A stretch of DNA of 63,956 nucleotides, counting the filler, from Saprolegnia diclina VS20 (lineage: Eukaryota), in the NCBI RefSeq assembly GCF_000281045.1. It is 10 parts of 3 records of this genome, joined end to end, with 100 filler letters (N's around TTAATTAATTAA, not from the genome) between each part and the next. Parts side by side here need not be neighbours in the genome. Positions count along the whole stretch, not along the records: positions 11,018 to 30,916 come from NW_008246099.1; positions 31,017 to 39,834 come from NW_008246099.1; 8 more parts are not named here. One strand, 5' to 3'. Under the pieces are notes generated by a model, which saw only the letters and a list, made by a program, of their open reading frames with translations, had not been told where the DNA came from and did no database searches. The position numbers and the translations under genes were made by a program. Positions 24,564-34,430 of the stretch are shown here, piece by piece; positions within the stretch are counted from its first letter, which is position 1, and every line of letters starts with the position of its first letter.

Positions 24564-24957
24564 GTTCAATACCCTTTTGTGCCAACCGTGTCTCTCTCTC
24601 TTCTCGCTTGCAGTTGGGTCATGCTGAGCCGTTCCCACCAGACTCCACGCAGCTGCTTGGGTGAAGAGGAGTGGCCGAATGAACGTCCGTTGAAGATTTG
24701 TTCGAGAAATGCACCTTGTGGCAACTTGACACACTGTTGGCCCACCCGCGCTGTTGTTCGACAAAACTATCAAGGTACTTTTATAGAATCATAGTCGTAT
24801 TTGCTAAACGTGCTGTATCGAATTTCGATCAATCGCCTGGCTTGAGCCGAGCGACTGCGCGCTGTCAAATCTTCGAGGGATATCAACGACCACCATTCAG
24901 CGGCTCAGAAAGCGGCCAATCAAACGTGCGCACGCAGACTTGCAGTCACATGATAGG

Positions 24958-25016
24958 GCGCCAGACCGCGCGGATGAATGGACAGCGCACTAGAAGATGA
25001 ATGGACAGCGCACTAG
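24958..25016 (-). repeat. Inverted copy of the LINE 5' junction with its 23-bp tandem unit, running into a gap
   Basis: Reverse complement of 14881-14939 (CTAGTGCGCTGTCCATTCATCTT unit twice, then CGCGCGGTCTGGCGC). Confidence 0.8.
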
Positions 25017-25329
25017 NNNNNNNNNNNNNNNNNNNNNNNNNNNNNNNNNNNNNNNNNNNNNNNNNNNNNNNNNNNNNNNNNNNNNNNNNNNNNNNNNNNN
25101 NNNNNNNNNNNNNNNNNNNNNNNNNNNNNNNNNNNNNNNNNNNNNNNNNNNNNNNNNNNNNNNNNNNNNNNNNNNNNNNNNNNNNNNNNNNNNNNNNNNN
25201 NNNNNNNNNNNNNNNNNNNNNNNNNNNNNNNNNNNNNNNNNNNNNNNNNNNNNNNNNNNNNNNNNNNNNNNNNNNNNNNNNNNNNNNNNNNNNNNNNNNN
25301 NNNNNNNNNNNNNNNNNNNNNNNNNNNNT

Positions 25330-26538
25330 GGCAAGAAGGTGCTATTGTACTTTAGCGCGCACTGGTGCGGGCCGTGCCGCGGCTTTACGCCGACGCTCGC
25401 CGCATACTACTCCAAGCTGCACGAAAAGCTCAACTTTGAGATCGTCTTTGTGAGCTCCGACTCGGACGACGAGGCGTTCGCAGAGTACTTTGGCTCGATG
25501 CCGTGGCTCGCGCTGCCGTACGCTGAGCGCGACCTCAAGGAGGCGCTGAGCACCAAGTTTAACGTGCAGGGCATCCCGACACTGGTCGTGCTCGACGAAG
25601 GTGGCGCTGTCATTACGACCAACGCGCGCGGCAAGATCTCGTCGGACCCGGACGGCCTCGCCTTTCCGTATGTGCCCAAGACGTTCCGCCAAATGCTCGG
25701 CGACCGCTTCATCAACCGTGACGGCGCTGTCTTCTCGGCCGGCGACCTCAAGGGCAAGGTGCTTCTCTTGTACTTTGCGACGGCCGCGGTTGAGGACTGC
25801 GACGCGTTTACTCTGCGTCTCGTGGACGCCTACGAGAGCGCCAAGGCGAATGGCCACGAGCTCGAGGTGCTCTATCTCTCGTGCGACACGAGCCAAAACG
25901 TGTTTGACGACAAGCTCTCGACCATGCCGTGGCTCGCCGTGCCCTTTGACGCTGCCAAGACGGCGTTCGAGGACTTTGCCGAACTCTACGAGCTCGAGAC
26001 GATCCCGCAGGTCGTCGTGCTGGGCATCAACCAAGGACCGACCCGCGCCATCATCAACAAGAACGCCGTCGCAGCGATTACGAGCGACGTTGACAACAGC
26101 GCGTTTCCGTGGCCGCCTATGAGTGTCGTGGACCTCGGTGTGAGCACGTCCTCGAACGGCTTCTCGATCAACGACAAGCCGTCGCTCGTCTCATACTGCC
26201 ACATGCTCGAGGGCGACGACCTCGTCCAGCACGAAGCCGACTTGAAGACGCTCGCGGCAGAGTGCGGTCGTGGCACGGTCTGCGACGGCAACGTCTGCAC
26301 GGTGAAGGACGAACCGAGCGTCGTGTTCTTCACGGTCAAGACCCCCGGTGGCCTCGGCGAGCGCGTTCGGGACATTGCCGGTGTCAAGGACGACGACGTC
26401 ACGGGTCCGTACGCGATCCTCCTCGACGTGCGCGGCGGCAGCGCGTACGTGCATCATGGCTTGAACGTCGACGCGCTCCGAAAGACGCTCCAGCAGTTCC
26501 AGGACAAGGCCCTCGACATGAAAGCGCTCTCGTTCTAA
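25330..26538 (+). CDS. NXN: Nucleoredoxin-like multi-thioredoxin protein; 5' end in gap
   Basis: GKKVLLYFSAHWCGPCRGFTP, FEIVFVSSD, MPWLALPY, GIPTLVVLD; second Trx fold with a degenerate active site (YFATAAVEDC). Confidence 0.9.
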   Translation, partial: GKKVLLYFSAHWCGPCRGFTPTLAAYYSKLHEKLNFEIVFVSSDSDDEAFAEYFGSMPWLALPYAERDLKEALSTKFNVQGIPTLVVLDEGGAVITTNARGKISSDPDGLAFPYVPKTFRQMLGDRFINRDGAVFSAGDLKGKVLLLYFATAAVEDCDAFTLRLVDAYESAKANGHELEVLYLSCDTSQNVFDDKLSTMPWLAVPFDAAKTAFEDFAELYELETIPQVVVLGINQGPTRAIINKNAVAAITSDVDNSAFPWPPMSVVDLGVSTSSNGFSINDKPSLVSYCHMLEGDDLVQHEADLKTLAAECGRGTVCDGNVCTVKDEPSVVFFTVKTPGGLGERVRDIAGVKDDDVTGPYAILLDVRGGSAYVHHGLNVDALRKTLQQFQDKALDMKALSF

Positions 26539-26801
26539 GTTAGAGGTGGCTTTGTTGCATAGCTTGCTCTTTGATTTATGGTAATGGACAAGTTGTCTGT
26601 TATTTCATTGCGGTTTTGTAACTGTTGTATTGGCACTGTGATATGTGGTCTAGCTGCACACTCAAAATGGGCTATGAAACTGCCGATACCTGGCTTACAT
26701 ACGATAGACGCGCCGACGGAAATATCACAATATACACAGTCTTGAGGTTGGAGTGGAATTACCTCGTGTTACGCATGTTCAATGGCGCCCTTCTGCTGTC
26801 C

Positions 26802-27408
26802 TTACGTGGAACGACGCTGGTTCACCTCGCGTCGAGCTTGCTTGGGCGTGAGCTTGGCTATTTCATAGTGGATGGTCGCAATGTCGAACGACTTCGCAGC
26901 AACTTCGGCCTGAAGTTTCGCATCAGTGGTCTCCAGTTTCGTGATTTTTTTCGAAGTGAGTGCATTCTCTTGCGAGTGGCGTGCTTGCATCGTGACCAAT
27001 CGCTGCTCCAGCACCGCAATCTGCGAAAGCATGTCGGCGTTCATGTCCCGCAACACCGTTCGGACGATGTTGTCGTCGAGAATCTTGGCCAACGTGATCT
27101 CAAGGGCATTCGTTTTCTGCTGCAACACCAGTGTCGCTGCGCGTAGCTCCACGTCGAGGCTTGAAACGCGCGCTGTCAGCGCTGCATTGTCTTGGTGGTT
27201 GCGACGTAGCTTGGTCATTTCGATTTCTTGCGCAGCCTTTTCTGTCACTGACTTCGCGTACAGCGTGCGCTGGAGCTCATACTGGCGCTGAGCAGCGTCG
27301 CGCTCGCGCTCGAGCTCTCGGCGGGCGGCCTCCGAGTCCAGCAACCGCTGCGCCGACTGCTCCTGCGCGGTTTTGTGGGTTCTCTCGACCTCGACAAGCT
27401 TGGTGTAG
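26802..27408 (-). CDS. Coiled-coil hypothetical protein, 3' part
   Basis: Long heptad ORF; 27315-27408 matches 28687-28781, which supplies the N-terminus. Confidence 0.65.
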
Positions 27409-27509
27409 GNNNNNNNNNNNNNNNNNNNNNNNNNNNNNNNNNNNNNNNNNNNNNNNNNNNNNNNNNNNNNNNNNNNNNNNNNNNNNNNNNNNNNNNNNNN
27501 NNNNNNNNN

Positions 27510-28111
27510 AGCGCGTTTCCGTGGCCGCCTATGAGTGTCGTGGACCTCGGTGTGAGCACGTCCTCGAACGGCTTCTCGATCAACGACAAGCCGTCGCTCG
27601 TCTCGTACTGCCACATGCTCGAGGGCGACGACCTCGTTCAGCACGAAGCCGATATGAAGACGCTCGCGGCCGAGTGCGGTCGTGGCACGGTCTGCGACGG
27701 CGACGTCTGCACGGTGAAGGACGAGCCGAGCGTCGTGTTCTTCACGGTCAAGACCACCGGTGGCCTCGGCGAGCGCGTTCAGGACCTTGCCGGCGTCAAG
27801 GACGACGACGTCACGGGTCCGTACGCGATCCTCCTCGACGTGCGCGGCGGCAGCGCGTACGTGCATCATGGCTTGAACGTCGACGCACTCCGAAAGACGC
27901 TCCAGCAGTTCCAGGCCAAGGCCCTCGACATGAAAGCGCTCTCGTTCTAAGTTGAGGTGGCTTTGTTGCATAGCTTGCTCTTTGATTTATGGTAATGGAC
28001 AAGTTGTCTGTTATTTGCGATTTTGTAACTGTTGTGTTGGCACTGTAACATGTGGTCTAGCTGCACACTCAAAATGGGCTATGAAACTGCCGATACGTGG
28101 CTTACATACGA
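27510..28111 (+). other. Second, probably allelic, copy of the nucleoredoxin 3' end and 3' flank
   Basis: Gap-bounded contig matching 26099-26704 with scattered SNPs. Confidence 0.75.
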
Positions 28112-28686
28112 NNNNNNNNNNNNNNNNNNNNNNNNNNNNNNNNNNNNNNNNNNNNNNNNNNNNNNNNNNNNNNNNNNNNNNNNNNNNNNNNNNNNNNNNN
28201 NNNNNNNNNNNNNNNNNNNNNNNNNNNNNNNNNNNNNNNNNNNNNNNNNNNNNNNNNNNNNNNNNNNNNNNNNNNNNNNNNNNNNNNNNNNNNNNNNNNN
28301 NNNNNNNNNNNNNNNNNNNNNNNNNNNNNNNNNNNNNNNNNNNNNNNNNNNNNNNNNNNNNNNNNNNNNNNNNNNNNNNNNNNNNNNNNNNNNNNNNNNN
28401 NNNNNNNNNNNNNNNNNNNNNNNNNNNNNNNNNNNNNNNNNNNNNNNNNNNNNNNNNNNNNNNNNNNNNNNNNNNNNNNNNNNNNNNNNNNNNNNNNNNN
28501 NNNNNNNNNNNNNNNNNNNNNNNNNNNNNNNNNNNNNNNNNNNNNNNNNNNNNNNNNNNNNNNNNNNNNNNNNNNNNNNNNNNNNNNNNNNNNNNNNNNN
28601 NNNNNNNNNNNNNNNNNNNNNNNNNNNNNNNNNNNNNNNNNNNNNNNNNNNNNNNNNNNNNNNNNNNNNNNNNNNNNNNNNNNNNN

Positions 28687-28881
28687 CTCTCGGCGGGCGG
28701 CCTCCGAGTCCAGCAACCGCTGCGCCGACTGCTCCTGCGCGGTTTTGTGGGTTCTCTCGACCTCGACAAGCTTGGTGTAGGTGGACAAGAGCTCTTTGAA
28801 GGCAGCGAGAAGGTACTGGCGTGCGAGGTCGGGTGTACCACCACTGGTCGCTGTCGTCGGCATCGAGGAGCTAGTGTGCAT
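28687..28881 (-). CDS. Coiled-coil hypothetical protein, 5' part
   Basis: MHTSSSMPTTATSGGTPDLARQYLLAAFKELLSTYTKLVEVE overlaps the 26802-27408 frame. Confidence 0.55.
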
Positions 28882-31192
28882 CGGAGGTCGAATCGAGCTG
28901 TGACGTACGGAGTACATAGCATCCTTTGGCAGGTCAATATGGCGATTGTTTGGTGCAAGCAGCCTGACAGGACAGTTGAAGCTCGGCTCGTCTATCGAGA
29001 GCACTGCCTACCGAAAGTGGCTTCTGTTGATTCGGGCGTCTTTGGCGTCTTTGGGTGTGGCTGTGAAGCTGAAAGGACAATGTCAACAAGTCTCCAAGCG
29101 CTTTTGGAGCCGAAACTGGGTATGCTTGCTGCACATACAACAAGAATACGAGCATACAGGCTTCCCCGTGTGCTTCCCCCATCGCAAAACCTACACCATT
29201 CGAGCTCCACTGCCCGTTCTCTTGGCCTTTCTGGCGCAACAATAGGAAGATAATACCCTGACGGAAATCAATTCACCGTTGAAATGTCTTTGAAAGAAGA
29301 GAGAGCTACTTCCAATGACGAGTGAGGATTGACGGCCTGGTGCTGGCGGTGCGAAGACTCGAAGGTTCCCCTTCCAATCGGTATGCAATCGTTGTAGTTT
29401 TGTGGGTATTTGCCTACGAAGAGGAACAGTATTGCTACCAGTAGCAGGATCACACTTTGGACAAGCGGTGCATGATTTTCCGGACATCCTTATCCGGATA
29501 AAATGTGTTTGGCGTCGTTGCTCGGCAGCGAGTAGACGAGGTTTGATGTTTTTATGGAGTCGTATGTTTTGTCCGATATCCATAGCCCACGACGTAGGGA
29601 GCCCAAAACCCAAAGAACGGGGCTCGTAGCGTGCCTACAGCCTGTGTTGTGCGTCGTTCAAGTTGGCAAAATTGATACTGAATCTAGTATCAGTGTATCA
29701 GTCGACCGCCACATTCCAATTACTAGTACGTGTAATTGGAGTGTGGTGGTTGACTACCGACCTCTACTAGATTGGGAAAGCGCCCCAGCTACTAGAGTAT
29801 CTAACTTAGTAGCTGGACAGCGAGTCGCGGGCTAAAGTTGCCGGCAAGCTATTTTGCCAACACTGTAAATACGGCAAAACGCCCAATTATCGGATTTTCG
29901 CACGACATTTTACGGAATAAGACCTTGGTGGCGTTGCATCGATGACCGGCAGACTGGCGTACTGCAAGAAGCGGAAGGCGTGGCACGCGCTCACGCAGAC
30001 CCGCATGGGCGGGGGGGAAGCGCAAAAGCCACTACTGCCCGTGGCGCAAGGACAAGGCAGTCGCAGAGCGCGACGCCATCACGTGCAAGCACACCGTCGG
30101 CCCGACCGGCGAAGATCGCCATGTTGCAGGCGGTCAATATGGACCTAACGGAGGCACCGACGACGCATGTTGGTGTCCAGTGAAACGCGATCGGGCGTTC
30201 AGTGCGTGCGCGTCGCGTTGCGGTCTCTAGCCTCTCGTACTCAAGGTCTGGGACAAAAATACCAAACAGGGACAGAATGGGGCTTGAAGTTGAAGCAGCG
30301 ATGTCACCTCACAAACGGCCATCATCGTCCAGGATCCTATAGCAACCGTTGTTGACCTTGTCGTGTCTATCGGTCGTGAGTCTCGAATCTGTCGGGATCC
30401 ATTTTTGTCCTGTGCTTTCGGACAAAATTTGGATTGCTGGGCTTGGAATGTACAACAATAGGTCACAGCTCTGGTGGTCGACTAGGGACGTGTCGACATT
30501 TCTCTCGCTGCATCAAGACCTAAACACCAACTATCCAAATCTATATCGTAGTATCTTCCATAATATACTAGTACGCGTAGACCATGCCGTCGACTGACTA
30601 GGGCTTGCGGGCGACGCTGGTTTGGAGGCTGTTGTTCTCACGAGTCTGAGCGACGTCCTGCCGCATTTCCGCGTTGGCAGGCGTGCGTCTGGTCGTTTTC
30701 CTGGGCCAGCGACTGGATCCGACTTGCTTGAGCTGCTGCTCCTGCTGGCAGACCTTGGGGCATCGCACAACAGGATGAGAGTGTCTGCATTGTATCAACT
30801 TGATACATTGAAAGAAACGCGAAGTCATATAACCCGAATATCTCTTGCATTCACAACAGACTCAATATAATACCTACATACGACGTCCTTCTTCATTCTT
30901 CTTCCTCTACTCTGCTNNNNNNNNNNNNNNNNNNNNNNNNNNNNNNNNNNNNNNNNNNNNTTAATTAATTAANNNNNNNNNNNNNNNNNNNNNNNNNNNN
31001 NNNNNNNNNNNNNNNNTCGGGTAAGCGTCCCGTATTGTGACATGACGCCAATGGCTGCGCGCTGAAAAGCCGAAATGGCGGGAAATGTAATATACACTAT
31101 ATGCAAACTCTGCAATTAGTGTTATATCGGTACTTGTATTTAGTGTAAAACGTTTTTAAGCTTCCCACGGATCCGGCTGGAGACGCTGGAGC

Positions 31193-32772
31193 ATGGCAGC
31201 GGACCATAGCTTTGACGCGCTCGGGCTTGCGCCGTCCGTGATGGGTACGCCACTTCGTCTATACCCAGCCGACTCACCACATAGGGTTATGTGCTGGCAG
31301 CTGCGCTACGGAGAGCGGGCTTCGACTCGACCAAGGCCGTCGAAGCTTTTAGCTCGCGCGAGCTCGCCAACGGTACGTCTGCCTTGCCCATTGGACGACG
31401 CGCTCATGGCCCTTGGCTAGTGGCCAAGATTTCCTTTCAAGAGGCGTCGTTCGTGCTCACAGCCATCAAGGGCCCACGCGGTGCGACCCTCGGGCTCTCG
31501 GCCTTTGACGTCTTGGCGGTGAGCCGCTTCAACACGTCGTAGCCAACAACAACGAGCCTGTATCTGCGTGTAGCAACTCGACGCCTACCCACCGATACGA
31601 ACGTTTGTGCCAGGGCTCGACGATGTGCTCGGCGGCGGCATCCCCATCGGCGAAATCACCGAAATCTGTAGTCGCTCCTAAAGCACCGCGGCCTTAACGG
31701 CTGTCCTAGGTGGTACACCGGGTGTCGGGAAGACGCAGCTCGCGTATACGAATGCCTACAGTCGCTCTCGACGCTCATGCGACCATGCGTAGTATCCAGA
31801 TTGCTCTTGGCGCGCAGTGCCCCGCCGCCGACGGGTCGCGCTTCCAGAGCATCTACATTGGTACGCTACAAGTCTCATCCTGATCCTCATACTCGGCTAT
31901 AGACTCGGAAGGTAGCTTTATGATCCATCGCGCAGCGGCCATGGCGGCATGCCTTGCCGACGATGTGCCCGAGTTGCAGCCACTGGTGCCCTTGCTGTAT
32001 TCTACCAACGAGACCAACAGTCGAGATAGGACCGCGATGGCCTGCTTCGGGGCTTGACGTACTACCGCGTCCACGACTTCCAAGAGCAGTACGAAGTCCT
32101 CGCGTCGCTTGTCAACGTCCTGGCGACCACGCCATCAGTACGACAACGGGAATGCGCAGAGAGTTCAACCAGCTTGTATAGATCCGCGTGGTCCTTGTCG
32201 ACAGCATTGCATTTCACTGTCGGCACGGCTTTGACGATATGACGGGGCGAGCGCGAATGCTGCACAACATGTCCCTCGTGCTCCGGAAGCTCGTGCAGGA
32301 CTTTCCGGTTGCTGTATGTGCCTATAAGAACCAAGATGACAAGGCAAATGACCTCGTAGGTGGTCTTGATCAACCATGTGACAACGTCGCTTCACCACGG
32401 ATCCGACATCGACGGCTCCAACATCGTGCCGGCGCTCGGTACATTCTACTTTATTTCAACGTAGTGGCAGCTGAGAGATTGGTGTAGGAGAGTCGTGGTC
32501 GTTTTCGATTACGAATCGCATCATGCTACGCTGGGAGGTACGATGATGACGACGGTGGGTCATAATATTTGATGCAACGTAGCACCAAGTGCGGGTCGCG
32601 CAGGTCGTAAAGTCGACGTCGCTCGCGCAAGCCAGTGTGCGCTTTGACGGTACGATCTGGTTTGCCTGAAGCGATTTGGGTCATATGAAGATGACTAGTT
32701 ACGGAGCGCGGAGTGCGAGGTGGTGAGCGCAAGCGCAGTCGAGAGAACAGCAATGACGAAGCTATTGATTAA
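31193..32772 (+). CDS. RAD51C: RAD51 paralogue, RAD51C-like, many short exons
   Basis: GLDDVLGGGIPIGEITEIC-GTPGVGKTQL (Walker A), YIDSEGSF, VVLVDSIAFH.R (Walker B), IVPALGESW; stop at 32770-32772. Confidence 0.88.
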
Positions 32773-32921
32773 GACACGTAGAATCGACGTATCTAGCTGC
32801 ACGCAAGACCGCGAAGCATGTCGTAAATGTGGAGCTTGGAATTGTGCAGTCCTTTGACATCCCGACCCACAGTGTTCTTGGTCAACGCAAGAAACCACAC
32901 AAGTACTCGAGCATTGGCATA

Positions 32922-33164
32922 TTATATGAACGTGTTTCGCGTTATTTCGTTGTTATAAAGACTTCGCATACGTAGAGACTAGCAATCGCCCTCTTTTTCA
33001 TGCGCTCGCCGGGCCGTGGCTGCGCAGGCGGCGGCGCGGGGGCTCGTCTGGCTCTTCTGTCGTCGCCCTACGACGCTTGTGGCTGCGGGTGAGGCCCATG
33101 ACGACAAGCTGTGTACAGGCTTTGCGATCGGCAGCAAAGCTACGTAGTTTGTTGAGGTCCTCGA
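32922..33164 (-). repeat. TA-tailed dispersed repeat, copy B
   Basis: Aligns to 59040-59276 and 50019-50172; encodes ..SHKRRRATTEEPDEPPRRRLRSHGPASA*. Confidence 0.8.
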
Positions 33165-33300
33165 GAGCATGGACATAGGGGGAAAATAGGAGAAATTGCG
33201 TCCACTGCAGCATCAATGCGTCGCATGCAATTCTTGCGACGTCTTCCGGTTCAAGCCGACACTATGAACACATAAGCTTACAATTTGTACTCTGTTGCAG

Positions 33301-34430
33301 TTAAGCTGAGTCCACTGGTGTGTGAACGACGGCCCCCGCCATCGCTAAACGGGCTTGCACAACGCGGCGTAGCACCCAAAGACGCGCACTGAGGAGCAGC
33401 AAGAGGGCGGTGACGGCGCCCGAGGCGATCGCGGTCGTCAGAATATATGGACGCGCACCCGACATGAGCGCATGGCCAAAGCATGCATCGAACGACGGGT
33501 TCAAGTACGACGACGAATAGTAGGAGAGCGCGGTACTCGAACACGAACTAGACCTTCCGATCTGGTTCTTCTTTCCAATGCAGTCGGTCGTGAGGACGCA
33601 GTAGAATGAATCCAGCGCTCGAGGCCATTGGATTTGACCGGGCTAAAGCTGGAGAGCGCGGCGCAACCGCGGCAAAGATTGGAGAGATCACTTTTGAAAT
33701 CACTTGCTCGCTGGATGGCCACTGGACCGAGCATCGACTCGTTGTGGAGCAGGCTCGTCTGGTTGACAGCGGCGCAGAAACTGTTGATGGTCGTCGACGA
33801 TGTCACTGTGACGTTGAGGAACGTTGCCGGAAGCGTCGAGAAAGTGCGCGCAATCTCGGCCGTTACGTTTGGCTGGGGCCACACGCCTGGGAACAAAATG
33901 GTCTGCACGAGTGGCAAGGCGCCGCAGAAGCGGTGGCCTTGACTCACGCAGTACGCATCCGTAAACGCATTCGCCGCCTTTCTCGGGTATTCGTCGCTGA
34001 AAAGCTTTGACCAGCGCGACCAGTCACTGAGGGTTTGAACGTACTCGAACTTGCGGGCCTTCTCCGAGGCGTAGTACGCCTCCATGAGGTGCTGATACGT
34101 CGTGAGCATCGGCGCGGTCTCGATCGCGTTGGTGTTGAGTGAAATGGCTTTGATGGCGTAGGCCAAGAGTGTGCAGCAGCAAACCATGACCACAAACAAA
34201 AGGCAGAGGCACACCGAGTACGACGGGTTGCCCCGCGTCGACACGAGATGCACGAGACCGATGGCGGCAACGATGGTGGCGATGACGCTCGTCACGATCA
34301 AGATCGCATCTGGCAGAGCGAGGAGCTCAGCGTACATGGAGCCTGCGAGGGCAGCGATGCAGGCGCCGTAGGCGGCGACGGCGACAAAGGCGACGGCCAC
34401 GGCTACCGTCGTGAGGGATGGCTTGGGCAT
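33301..34430 (-). pseudogene. Tetraspanin-like topology membrane protein with a frameshift near 33605
   Basis: Three N-terminal hydrophobic helices, a Cys- and N-glycosylation-rich loop, and a last helix (ILTTAIASGAVTALLLLL) in a different frame. Confidence 0.65.

Noticed and set aside
26099..28781. Tandem duplication of nucleoredoxin and the coiled-coil gene
   Set aside because: Copies are gap-bounded, interleaved and differ by scattered SNPs; more consistent with two haplotypes scaffolded in series.
29861..29920. CACTGTAAA as a CACTA/EnSpm terminus
   Set aside because: No matching inverted end or TSD found.
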